Shown: positions 44,014-52,944 of the stretch, piece after piece | Layout: every line of letters begins with the position of its first letter | How positions within the stretch are numbered: the stretch's first letter is position 1 | Source of the DNA: an uncultured Candidatus Saccharibacteria bacterium | Lineage (GTDB): Bacteria > Patescibacteriota > Minisyncoccia > Phycocordibacterales > Phycocordibacteraceae | DNA length: 63,940 bases | Direction: 5' to 3' | NCBI GenBank assembly: GCA_964548265.1 | Contig: CAZJPR010000001.1 | Location: forward strand, 37,770-101,709 | The notes under the pieces: generated by a model | Told to the model about the DNA's origin: nothing | The model's input: the letters and a program-made list of their open reading frames with translations, nothing else | Database searches by the model: none | Program-made: the position numbers and the translations under genes

Positions 44014-45300
44014 ATGAAGCACCTCATCAAACACAGCGTCGCCAGTATCCTTGCACTCCTTGCGCGTGCGGTTATACGCAAGTACAAGCCGAAAATTGTG
44101 ATGGTCACCGGGAGCGTAGGAAAGACCTCGACTAAAGATGCGGTCGCAAGCGTACTCGGACCTGAGTATTTCCTTCGTGCGAGCGAGAAGAGTTACAACA
44201 GTGAGTTCGGTGTCCCGTTCACCATCTTTGGAGTGAAGAATCCTTGGACCAATCCATTCGCCTGGGTGCGCGTGTTCGAGGAGGCGCTTGCGCTCGTTCT
44301 ATTCCCCAACCACTACCCAAACATGTTGGTGCTTGAAGTGGGAGCTGACCGTCCGGGCGATCTCGCCCGGATTTTGCGTATAGCAACTCCGGATGCAGTA
44401 GTGGTGACACACCTACCGAGCATTCCGGTGCACGTGGAAGCGTATGCCTCACCGCGTGCAGTACACGAGGAAGAATTCGCTCCGGCCTACGCGCTTCCCA
44501 CCGATGCTCCTCTTATTCTTTCGCATGACGATGGGCATGCAGAGGAAATGGCAGCGAAGCTGCCGGTCAAAGTAACGACGTTTGGATTTACGCAGGGTGC
44601 TGATGTCCGCCTTTCTGGAGAGAAGCCCTTTCTAACGGACGGTAAGCCTGCAGGTATGGAGGCTGCTATGACTGCCGCCGGAACCACCTATCCCATCCGT
44701 GTTGCGGGCGCCCTCGGGCGCCCGCAGTTGTATGCTCCTGCAGCAGCGTTCGCCGTTGCGCTCTCACTTGGCGTACCTACCAAGCGCGCTCTCGAGAATC
44801 TCGCTTCCTACGTTCCTCCTCCGGGTCGTGCGCGCCTTATCGCGGGGGTGAATGGCTCTACACTCATTGATGATTCCTATAATGCGTCTCCTGCCGCAAT
44901 GCTTGAGAGTCTGTCCGCGCTTTCTTTGATGCAGGGGAGCCGTAAGATTGCGGTACTTGGTGACATGCTCGAACTGGGCCGCTATTCGGTCGAGGAACAT
45001 GAGCGCGTGGGGGTTGTAGCAGGGAAGTCTACCGATATCTTGGTTACGGTAGGTATCCGCGCCAAGGCACTTGCGAAAGCTGCGCGCGAATCTGGACTTC
45101 CGGAGACCTCTGTCTTTGAGTACGACGGAGCGCGCGAGGCCGCTGATGCACTGGTTGGCATGGTGAAAGAGGGGGACTTGGTGCTCATTAAAGGATCGCA
45201 GGGCATCCGTACTGAGCGCATTGTTACGAGACTTCTTGCGAACCCAGAGGATACCAAGAATCTCATCCGTCAGGAGCAGGAGTGGCTACTGATTAAGTAG
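44014..45300 (+). CDS. murF: UDP-MurNAc-tripeptide--D-alanyl-D-alanine ligase (short N-terminus)
   Basis: VTGSVGKTSTKD (P-loop), NSEFGVP, DDSYNASP, GDMLELG. These Mur ligase motifs are closest to the MurF pattern. Confidence 0.83.
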   Translation: MKHLIKHSVASILALLARAVIRKYKPKIVMVTGSVGKTSTKDAVASVLGPEYFLRASEKSYNSEFGVPFTIFGVKNPWTNPFAWVRVFEEALALVLFPNHYPNMLVLEVGADRPGDLARILRIATPDAVVVTHLPSIPVHVEAYASPRAVHEEEFAPAYALPTDAPLILSHDDGHAEEMAAKLPVKVTTFGFTQGADVRLSGEKPFLTDGKPAGMEAAMTAAGTTYPIRVAGALGRPQLYAPAAAFAVALSLGVPTKRALENLASYVPPPGRARLIAGVNGSTLIDDSYNASPAAMLESLSALSLMQGSRKIAVLGDMLELGRYSVEEHERVGVVAGKSTDILVTVGIRAKALAKAARESGLPETSVFEYDGAREAADALVGMVKEGDLVLIKGSQGIRTERIVTRLLANPEDTKNLIRQEQEWLLIK

Positions 45301-45301
45301 C

Positions 45302-45330
45302 TTGCCGTAAAGAGGCTTACTTGGTATTTT
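45302..45330 (+). promoter_or_regulatory. Possible sigma-70-type promoter for tRNA-Glu
   Basis: TTGCCG, 17 nt, TATTTT. The -10 ends 9 nt before the mature tRNA 5' end. Confidence 0.3.
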
Positions 45331-45339
45331 GTGCGAACT

Positions 45340-45414
45340 GGCCTCATCGTCTAACGGTTAGGACGCTAGCCTCTCACGCTGGAAATCGGGGTTCGATTCC
45401 CCGTGAGGTCACCA
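45340..45414 (+). tRNA. tRNA-Glu (anticodon CTC), CCA encoded
   Basis: 75-nt cloverleaf folded by hand. Acceptor GGCCTCA/TGAGGTC, anticodon arm CTAGC-CTCTCAC-GCTGG, T-arm CGGGG-TTCGATT-CCCCG, then ACCA. Confidence 0.9.
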
Positions 45415-45424
45415 GTTCAGTGTG

Positions 45425-46300
45425 CTACACAGGTATTGCTATAAAACAGACGGGCTTCCCGGGTTGCTGATATTTTGTTGGCTTTGGAAACACAATCACG
45501 CCGTCTCGGTCGAGTGTGACGGCGTCTTCTCCTTGGTGCCCAATTACTTCACCTGCACGCACAGGTTGGAAGGAGTGCGTTCCCATACCTTTCTCAAACT
45601 CAAAGCCGCGAGCACTCAGCTTTATGCTCTTGTAGAAGCGGTAGGTTAAAGGCTTATTCTTCGGAAGTGGGGGAGCGGGGATATCAAGAAGACCATGCTC
45701 CACCATCACCCCCTCGCAGGCCGTAATAATCGTGTGGAGACTTTGGAGGTCTTCTGACATACCAGTCTCGACGCACACTCCCACTTTTCCAATGCGGTCC
45801 ATGTATTCTTCAGACGTAACGGGCGCGTCGCCAAATACGTACTCGGGGTCCTCGATAACATTATCGAGTGGGAACCATTTGTAGACGCGCTCGTGAGCGG
45901 CATCTACCCGACTGCACGCAAAGGGAGTGGAGGGCTTATTGGTGGAATGGAGGTCGATGAGAATATCTGCGTCCTGACAGAGTTTTGCGAGTGTTCCTAC
46001 ACGTTCTTCTTCCCATGAACCCTCAACGCCCTTGAGTAGGTGAGCGTCAGTGAAGTAACGATTGAGGTCCTTCCCTCCAATCCATCGTTCGTTCTCTGCC
46101 ATTGCCTTGGTGTTGGCTAGCGCCAGGGTAAGCGTTCCAGAGGCCAAAGTGCGAGAGCCGTCAGAGAAGGCTTTTACCAGATGCTTCACCGTCTCGATGC
46201 CGGTTTTCTCGTTACCGTGGATAGCACCGAACACCAGCACATGAGTGCCGGGATGCGCGCTCTCGACGCGCCAGATGCTGTCGCCAATCTCGTGAACCAT
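45425..46300 (-). CDS. Succinylglutamate desuccinylase/aspartoacylase-family zinc hydrolase
   Basis: HVLVFGAIHGNEKTGIE (His/Glu zinc ligands) and ILIDLHST (third His ligand), typical of the AstE/AspA (M14-like) family. Confidence 0.75.
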   Translation of the reverse strand: MVHEIGDSIWRVESAHPGTHVLVFGAIHGNEKTGIETVKHLVKAFSDGSRTLASGTLTLALANTKAMAENERWIGGKDLNRYFTDAHLLKGVEGSWEEERVGTLAKLCQDADILIDLHSTNKPSTPFACSRVDAAHERVYKWFPLDNVIEDPEYVFGDAPVTSEEYMDRIGKVGVCVETGMSEDLQSLHTIITACEGVMVEHGLLDIPAPPLPKNKPLTYRFYKSIKLSARGFEFEKGMGTHSFQPVRAGEVIGHQGEDAVTLDRDGVIVFPKPTKYQQPGKPVCFIAIPV

Positions 46301-46311
46301 TAGGGGGAACG

Positions 46312-46764
46312 TTAGGCGAGTAAACTATCGACGACGGACTTTACGTCTCCACCGTCCGCTTTTCCTTTGAGTTCTTTCATCACTGCGCCGGTCAGTTGAC
46401 CAGCTTTGGATTTGTCTGCGTTCATCTCTGCAATCTTCGCTTTCACCACCACTTCGATTTCCTCACGAGACATCTGCGCAGGCAAGAGGGATTCAATGAT
46501 GGCGAGCTCTTCTTTCTCAGGGGCAGCAAGTTCGCCACGTCCTGCACTTTCAAATTGTTCAATGGAATCCTTCCGCTGGTTGCTTGCACGCTTCAAAACA
46601 GCCATTGCTTCCTCATCCGTAAGGAATTCATCAGGCTTACGCTTCTTCGCAACTACCTCGTTGGTCATGGCGGTCACCAAGGAGCGCAGTGTACGCAGGC
46701 GTACCTCGTCTTTTGCTTTGAGCGCATCAGGGATGCTCGCTTTAATAGAGTCGTGGATAGCCAT
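46312..46764 (-). CDS. yqeY: GatB/YqeY-domain protein
   Basis: LKAKDEVRLRTLRSLVTAM ... LKRASNQRKDSIEQFESAGRGELAAPEKEELAIIESLLP ... VMKELKGKADGGDVKSVV. Confidence 0.88.
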   Translation of the reverse strand: MAIHDSIKASIPDALKAKDEVRLRTLRSLVTAMTNEVVAKKRKPDEFLTDEEAMAVLKRASNQRKDSIEQFESAGRGELAAPEKEELAIIESLLPAQMSREEIEVVVKAKIAEMNADKSKAGQLTGAVMKELKGKADGGDVKSVVDSLLA

Positions 46765-46789
46765 ATTTGAATAGGGTACCATATAGGGA

Positions 46790-49480
46790 ATGCAGGAACA
46801 GACGTGGCATGCGCTTGCGGCCGATGAGGTCGCTCGTTCATTTTCTACCGATTACACGAAGGGCCTCTCGAAAGAGGAGGTTGAGGCCCGTCTTTTGAAG
46901 GGTCGCAATCGTCTTCCCAAGGTACACCGCGATTCACTCCTCACGCGCATCATTCGTCAGTTCGCAAGTCCGATTGCGGTAGTGCTGGTGTTGGCTGCAA
47001 TTGCCACGACCTTTCTCTCTGACTACACCGATGCGATTGTCATTGCGGTTGCACTTCTGGTGAACGTGGTCATCGGGCTCTTCCAGGAGGGTCGTGCGTC
47101 CAAAGCTTTTGAGGCGCTCAAGAAGAGCGAAGCCAAGCACGCTTTCGTTATTCGCGATGGTGAGCCTATGAAGATATTGGCCGAGGAGCTTGTTCCTGGC
47201 GATCTCGTAACTCTAATGGCAGGTTCTTCGATTCCCGCAGATCTTAGATTGACTGAGGTACATGCGCTAACCGTCAACGAGTCGGCGCTCTCTGGAGAGT
47301 GGCTCCCGGTAGAGAAGGACACCACGTTGCGCCCTGAAGAGGCACCACTTGTTGAGCGCTCGTGCATGGCCTACTCCAGCACGCTCGTGGTTTCAGGGGC
47401 AGGGAAGGGCATTGTTGTAGCGACCGGAATCAATACCGAGATTGGAAAGATTGCAGCAGAGCTTGCGCACGATGACCGCACCGTGACTCCGCTCATGCGC
47501 GACATACGTCAGATTGCACGCGGCATCGTCATTATGGTGGCGGTCATCATGGTGTTCATCATTCTGCTCGGGCTTTTGCGTGGGCTGCCGCTTGGTGAAA
47601 CTCTACTCACCGCCATTGCGCTTGCAGTTGCGAGCGTTCCAGAAGGTCTCCCAGCCGCAGTGACGGTGGTGCTCGCGCTCGGTATGGAGCGTATTTTGAA
47701 ATCAGGCGGGCTCGTTCGTAGTCTTCTTGCAGCCGAGACTCTGGGTACCACGAGCATCATTCTTACGGATAAGACGGGAACGCTCACCAAGGGACAGATG
47801 AGCATCGCTGCCTACGTGACGTATTCTGGTACGTCTTCCGAGCGCTCAAGTGATGGCGCACGATTCCTTCTCTCGGGAGCAGTCCTAGCCTCTGACGCGT
47901 ACGTCGAGGAGCGTCCAGATGCAGAGGAAGGGGAAGAGAAGTTGGTGGCGCACGGTAGACCCATTGAGCAAGCAGTGATCCTTGAAGGGCTTAAGACGGG
48001 CATTGCAGGTCCTGAGCTTCGAGGAATGTGTCCACGCACCGACGAGCTCCACTTTGATTCTTCGCGCCGTTTCGGCGGCATGATGGTGCGTGAAGACGGA
48101 CACTCGGTTGCCTATCTTTCGGGTGCTCCTGAATTCTTCCTTGCGGAAGCCACACATGTACGCGACGAGAGCGGTCATATGCACCAACTCACTGACGAGC
48201 TTGCGAGCCGGTTTGCGCTCGCGCTCAATTCTGCCGCCAAGGAAGGAAAGCGAGTGATTGCTATCATGCGGGCAGAACACACGGAGACGGTGTTCCCGAA
48301 AAAACCCGAAGAGATTCTTACCAAGGGTGCGATTATGGGCCTCATTGTGTTTGAGGATGGAATACGGCCTGAAGTGCCGGCGGCCGTCCGTGACATGCAA
48401 GCAGCAGGGGCACGCGTAATGATGCTTACCGGGGACAATCCGGAAACAGCTCTTGCTATTGCGCGGGAAGCGGGGATTGCGGGGCCTGACGACCGTGCCT
48501 ACATCGGGGCTGAGCTTGAGAAGCTCACCGATCAGGAACTTCTTAAGGTGCTTCGTACACACTATGTATTTGCCCGTGTTGCACCTGCCCAGAAGCTCCG
48601 CATTGCTAATACTTTAGTGGGAGCAGGTGAGGTGGTTGCTATGACGGGCGACGGTGTGAATGATGCACCGGCGCTCAATGCGGCTTCGATTGGCGTGGCG
48701 GTGGGCTCTGGAACGGATGTAGCGAAGGAAGCGTCCGACCTCGTGCTGCTCAACAACGGCTTTGAGGTGATTACGGCCGCTATCAGGGAAGGAAGGAGAC
48801 TCCGCGATAACTTTAAGAAGATTTTTGTGTACATGCTCTCGACCAACTTCAGTGAGGTGGTGCTCATCTCTTTCACGCTTCTGTTCGGTCTTCCGCTTCC
48901 TATTCTTCCAACCCAGATTCTGTGGTCGAACCTTATTGAAGGCGGGCTCATGAACTTCGCTTTTGCGTTCGAACCTCTCTATCCTTCTGCGATGAAGCGT
49001 CGCCCGAAGGATCCTGATGTTGCGAAGGTGCTTTCACCTAAGCTCCTGAAGCTCATTACGCTTGTCGGTAGTGTGACTGCCATCATACTTATATTCATCT
49101 ACCTCATCCTTCACTCCTTGCGGCTCCCACTCATCGAGATACAGACCATGATGTTCATCGGCGTCTCTATCAACACTATCTTCATCGCCTTCTCCATCAA
49201 GAGTTTCGGCACCCCAATCTGGAAGATGCCACTCCTCTCGAACAAGTTCCTTCTTATTGCCCTCGGTGCAAGTGCGGTGCTGCTTGCGGCGGCTCTGTAT
49301 GTACCCGCTCTCCAGGCCCTCGTCCACACAGTCCCCCCATCTCCGTTCTACCTCTTCATTCTCATTGGCTTCGGTATCGTGAACATGCTTACCATCGAGG
49401 TGGCCAAGTGGCTCTTCTTCATCCGTCCGGAGGAAGAGTCTGAGCACCACGCGAGCAATTCCGTGGTTGCCCGGGTATAA
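46790..49480 (+). CDS. Cation-transporting P-type ATPase (P2, Ca2+/Mg2+-ATPase-like)
   Basis: 896 aa. Cation_ATPase_N-type start, TGES-region, ILTDKTGTLTKGQM (DKTGT), MLTGDN, MTGDGVNDAPAL, and about 10 TM helices. Confidence 0.92.
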   Translation: MQEQTWHALAADEVARSFSTDYTKGLSKEEVEARLLKGRNRLPKVHRDSLLTRIIRQFASPIAVVLVLAAIATTFLSDYTDAIVIAVALLVNVVIGLFQEGRASKAFEALKKSEAKHAFVIRDGEPMKILAEELVPGDLVTLMAGSSIPADLRLTEVHALTVNESALSGEWLPVEKDTTLRPEEAPLVERSCMAYSSTLVVSGAGKGIVVATGINTEIGKIAAELAHDDRTVTPLMRDIRQIARGIVIMVAVIMVFIILLGLLRGLPLGETLLTAIALAVASVPEGLPAAVTVVLALGMERILKSGGLVRSLLAAETLGTTSIILTDKTGTLTKGQMSIAAYVTYSGTSSERSSDGARFLLSGAVLASDAYVEERPDAEEGEEKLVAHGRPIEQAVILEGLKTGIAGPELRGMCPRTDELHFDSSRRFGGMMVREDGHSVAYLSGAPEFFLAEATHVRDESGHMHQLTDELASRFALALNSAAKEGKRVIAIMRAEHTETVFPKKPEEILTKGAIMGLIVFEDGIRPEVPAAVRDMQAAGARVMMLTGDNPETALAIAREAGIAGPDDRAYIGAELEKLTDQELLKVLRTHYVFARVAPAQKLRIANTLVGAGEVVAMTGDGVNDAPALNAASIGVAVGSGTDVAKEASDLVLLNNGFEVITAAIREGRRLRDNFKKIFVYMLSTNFSEVVLISFTLLFGLPLPILPTQILWSNLIEGGLMNFAFAFEPLYPSAMKRRPKDPDVAKVLSPKLLKLITLVGSVTAIILIFIYLILHSLRLPLIEIQTMMFIGVSINTIFIAFSIKSFGTPIWKMPLLSNKFLLIALGASAVLLAAALYVPALQALVHTVPPSPFYLFILIGFGIVNMLTIEVAKWLFFIRPEEESEHHASNSVVARV

Positions 49481-49487
49481 TTAGCGG

Positions 49488-50543
49488 ATGAACTGGCTGC
49501 TTATAGGTGGTGTAGTCCTTGCGCTGCTTCTCATTCAGGGCGTGATGCTCTGGCTTGTTGTGGGAAGACGCAAGGGGGCCGACGAGACGGGAGGGATGGT
49601 GCTTCTTCAGCGTCAGATGGAGAATCTCGAGCGTGCACTCGATTCTCGAATGAGTGAGTCGTCCAAGCAGATGCACGACACCATGCGCACGCAACTAGGA
49701 GAGTCCTCGAGACTCATCAAGGAAATCACCACCGAGCTCACATCAGTCAAAGAGATAGGGCGGCAGACTCAGACCTACGCTGAACAACTCCAGTCACTCC
49801 AGGACCTTCTCAAGAACCCCAAACAGCGCGGCATACTCGGTGAGTACTACCTTGAAACAGTGCTCAAGAATGTGATGAGCCCTGAGGACTACCGTATTCA
49901 GTATCCATTCAAGAATGGCGAGATTGTCGATGCTGTGATTGTTATTAACAAGAAGTTAGTCCCTGTCGACTCCAAATTCTCGCTTGATAACTACAATCGC
50001 TTTGTGGGTACCCCGGTGGGGAGCGCAGAACGAATGGCTGCTGAGAAGGTGTTCGTGAATGATCTGAAACTTCGTATTGCGGAAACCGCCAAGTACATCC
50101 GGCCGGAGGAAGGGACCATGGACTTCGCGTTTATGTTCATCCCAAGCGAGGGGATCTATTACGATCTGCTCACCAATCAAATTGGGGCAGGGGATGAGGA
50201 GAACCTTATCCAACGCGCGGCGTCACGTGACAAGGTTATTATCGTGTCGCCGACTTCATTCCTCGCGTACCTCCAGACGGTTATGCAGGGGTTGAAGGCG
50301 CTCCAGATTGAGCAGAAGGCAGTGGAAATTCAAAGGAGGGTTGGAGAACTCGGTAAGCACATCGGCTCCTATGAGACGTACTATAAGAAGCTCGGTACCG
50401 CGCTTGGTACTGCGGTCTCACACTGGAATAGTGGCTATAAGGAATTGGGGAAAATAGACAAGGACGTCTACCGTATCTCTGAATCGAAGGCGGGCATCGA
50501 ACCGACCCTTCTTGAGAAGCCTGCGGAGGACCACGAGGATTGA
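49488..50543 (+). CDS. rmuC: DNA recombination protein RmuC
   Basis: N-terminal TM helix and coiled coil, then PDAVI/VDSKF-type nuclease-like core (VPVDSKFSLDNY ... FAFMFIPSEGIYY ... VIIVSPTSFLAYLQ). Confidence 0.85.
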   Translation: MNWLLIGGVVLALLLIQGVMLWLVVGRRKGADETGGMVLLQRQMENLERALDSRMSESSKQMHDTMRTQLGESSRLIKEITTELTSVKEIGRQTQTYAEQLQSLQDLLKNPKQRGILGEYYLETVLKNVMSPEDYRIQYPFKNGEIVDAVIVINKKLVPVDSKFSLDNYNRFVGTPVGSAERMAAEKVFVNDLKLRIAETAKYIRPEEGTMDFAFMFIPSEGIYYDLLTNQIGAGDEENLIQRAASRDKVIIVSPTSFLAYLQTVMQGLKALQIEQKAVEIQRRVGELGKHIGSYETYYKKLGTALGTAVSHWNSGYKELGKIDKDVYRISESKAGIEPTLLEKPAEDHED

Positions 50544-50610
50544 CATTTTATAATACTGTAACCTTGTAAGGGTTTACATACCACGGCTTTTCCGGTAGAG
50601 TACCGAAACT

Positions 50611-50943
50611 ATGGATATCGCAGTAATCAAGACCGGAGGGAAGCAATACGTCGTTGCAAAGGGCAGCACCATCACCATCGAGAAACTCGGTCGTGGCATC
50701 AACACGCTCGCCCTTACAAAGGGAGACACCGTCACGTTCGACGAGGTTCTTATGACCGACGATGGCAAGGAGACCACCATTGGCACGCCTTCCGTAAAGG
50801 GAGCCAAGGTGACCGCCAAGGTCATGGAGGTAGGACGTGCTAAGAAGGTGGAAGTCGTGAAGTACAAGGCGAAGAGCCGGTACCTCAAGCGCCGCGGACA
50901 CCGCCAGCCGTTCATTAAGGTAAAGATCGACAGCCTCTCCTAA
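50611..50943 (+). CDS. rplU: 50S ribosomal protein L21
   Basis: MDIAVIKTGGKQYVVAKGSTITIEKL ... VVKYKAKSRYLKRRGHRQPF. Confidence 0.93.
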   Translation: MDIAVIKTGGKQYVVAKGSTITIEKLGRGINTLALTKGDTVTFDEVLMTDDGKETTIGTPSVKGAKVTAKVMEVGRAKKVEVVKYKAKSRYLKRRGHRQPFIKVKIDSLS

Positions 50944-50945
50944 AC

Positions 50946-50969
50946 AAAAAGCCCCTCCGGGGGCTTTTT
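50946..50969. terminator. Bidirectional intrinsic terminator (rplU / recR)
   Basis: aaaaa-gcccc-tccg-ggggc-ttttt, overlapping the recR stop codon. Confidence 0.8.
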
Positions 50970-51570
50970 ACGTTTCCTTTCTGTTCTGGAGTGCTCCTCG
51001 CAGCGTCTCCTTATCTGCGTACTCAAGCTCTGACCCTGTGGCAAGTCCGCGCCCGAGGACGGTGAGCTTCACCTGGTCGCGAAAGGGAAGTAGGAGCTCT
51101 CGCACGCGGTCAGCCGTATTCTCTCCTTCAGAGGTTGCCGAGAGTGCGAGCACAATTTCTTTAAGTCCATTCTTAAGACGAGCAGCCACTGCCTTCACCA
51201 ACTCTTTCTCTCGAATCACTCCCTTGCCCGAGAGCGTGAGCACCCCTCCAAGCACGAAGTACCGTCCTTTATAGGTTCCGGTGCGCTCCATCGCAGCGAG
51301 GTCCTGGTCTTTCTCAAGAATCATAAGCATGGAGTCGTCGCGCGAGGAATCGGCACAGTAGGAACAGGAAGGTCCGCCACCATTCCCATAGCGCATGCAT
51401 TCAACACACTGCTTCACATCCGCTCCAAGAGCGCTCAACAGCTCCGCCATCTTTACGCGGTCGCTTTGGGGAAGGGAAAGGAGAAAGTAGACGAAGCGTT
51501 TTGCCTGGCGCGGGCCAATACCCGGGAAGCGTTCAAAGAGACGGGAGAGGTCCTCAACACGGTCCGCCAT
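50968..51570 (-). CDS. recR: Recombination protein RecR
   Basis: Start chosen at MADRVEDLSRLFERFPGIGPRQAKRF (HhH). Zinc finger CVECMRY...CSYC and a Toprim domain (MLMILEKDQDLAAME...LALSATSEGENTA). Confidence 0.92.
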   Translation of the reverse strand: MADRVEDLSRLFERFPGIGPRQAKRFVYFLLSLPQSDRVKMAELLSALGADVKQCVECMRYGNGGGPSCSYCADSSRDDSMLMILEKDQDLAAMERTGTYKGRYFVLGGVLTLSGKGVIREKELVKAVAARLKNGLKEIVLALSATSEGENTADRVRELLLPFRDQVKLTVLGRGLATGSELEYADKETLRGALQNRKET

Positions 51571-51571
51571 A

Positions 51572-52930
51572 CTAGTTATCGAAGGCGTCGCCCAGGTCGC
51601 CGTAGCCTGACTTATCAACTGAGGCAAAGGTTGCACGCTTCTCGTCGAAGTAGAGTTCAAGTCTTCCCGTAGGGCCGTTACGATGCTTCTCGATAAGAAT
51701 TTCAGCGATGTTCGTGCGCTCACTGTCAGGGCTACGCTTGTCTTCACGATGGATGAACATCACCACGTCTGCGTCCTGCTCAATAGAGCCTGAGTCACGA
51801 AGGTCGGAAAGGCGAGGCTTACCACCGCGCTGCTCCACAGCACGTGAGAGCTGGGAGAGAGCGAGCACAGGCACTTCAAGCTCACGAGCAAGGGACTTGA
51901 GGGAGCGGGAGATTTCAGTTGTCTGCTGCACAAGGGAATCAGAACTCTTCGCACCCACAGGGGCCATGAGCTGGAGGTAGTCAACAATCAGAAGTCCGAT
52001 ACCGTGTTCACGCTTAAGGCGACGGGCAACGGCGCGCATGGAAAGAATGTTGTTGCCTGGTTTGTCATCAATAAAGATTGGAGCCTTGGAGAGGGACTCA
52101 AGTGCGTCGCGAATCTTTGCGAAGTCATCTTCGGCGCGAATAGCACCCGTGCGCATCTTCCACGAGTCAACATAGGATTCAGCTGCGAGCATGCGGTCAA
52201 TCAACTGCTCAGAGCTCATCTCGAGTGAGAAGATGCCAACAGGAGTGTTGTGTCTGACTGCAGTGTTGCGGGCGATATCAAGCGCGAGAGAGGTCTTACC
52301 CACCGATGGACGTGCCGCAAGAATTACGAGATCAGAAGGATGGAGACCCGAGAGCATGCTGTCGAGCTCGGGGAATCCGGTTGGAACACCGCGGATGCCT
52401 CCTTCTTTCTTCGAGAGCGCTTCCATGCGGTCCCATGCATCTCCGAGTTTGTCGGCAATTGGCGTGAACTTGTGTGCGGAGGACGCATTACCCACGGCGT
52501 AAATCTTTTTCTCTGCTTCGTCGAGTACTTCACCGGTATCGCGCGCGTCATCGTACGCAGCCTCATTGATTTCGTAGGCCACTCCAATAAGGGAACGCAT
52601 GATGTGCTTACGAGAAACCAGTTCTGCGTAGTGGGCGAAGTTACCTGGAGCAGGAGCGCTGCCGGCAAGTTCCGCGATGTAGGCCCGACCTCCAGCGCGC
52701 TCGAGTGTTCCTTTGTTGGTGAGCTTTTCGGAAAGCGAGAGGATGTCGATAGGTTCTCCACGGTCGGAGAGTTCCTTCATCGCTTCAAAGATGATGCGGT
52801 GTCGTTCTGCGTAGAAGGAGTCAGGACGCACCAAGTCGGCAACGTCGTGAATAGCGTCAGGCTTCAGAAGAAGTGCACCGAGAAGGCCGCGTTCTGCTTC
52901 GAGACTCTGAGGAGGGATGCGGTCGGCCAT
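51572..52930 (-). CDS. dnaB: Replicative DNA helicase DnaB
   Basis: PPQSLEAERGLLGALL N-terminal domain; Walker A ARPSVGKTSLAL; Walker B LLIVDYLQLM; SQLSRAVEQR; IEQDADVVMFIHR. Confidence 0.95.
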   Translation of the reverse strand: MADRIPPQSLEAERGLLGALLLKPDAIHDVADLVRPDSFYAERHRIIFEAMKELSDRGEPIDILSLSEKLTNKGTLERAGGRAYIAELAGSAPAPGNFAHYAELVSRKHIMRSLIGVAYEINEAAYDDARDTGEVLDEAEKKIYAVGNASSAHKFTPIADKLGDAWDRMEALSKKEGGIRGVPTGFPELDSMLSGLHPSDLVILAARPSVGKTSLALDIARNTAVRHNTPVGIFSLEMSSEQLIDRMLAAESYVDSWKMRTGAIRAEDDFAKIRDALESLSKAPIFIDDKPGNNILSMRAVARRLKREHGIGLLIVDYLQLMAPVGAKSSDSLVQQTTEISRSLKSLARELEVPVLALSQLSRAVEQRGGKPRLSDLRDSGSIEQDADVVMFIHREDKRSPDSERTNIAEILIEKHRNGPTGRLELYFDEKRATFASVDKSGYGDLGDAFDN

Positions 52931-52944
52931 AGGGGCCTATTCTA

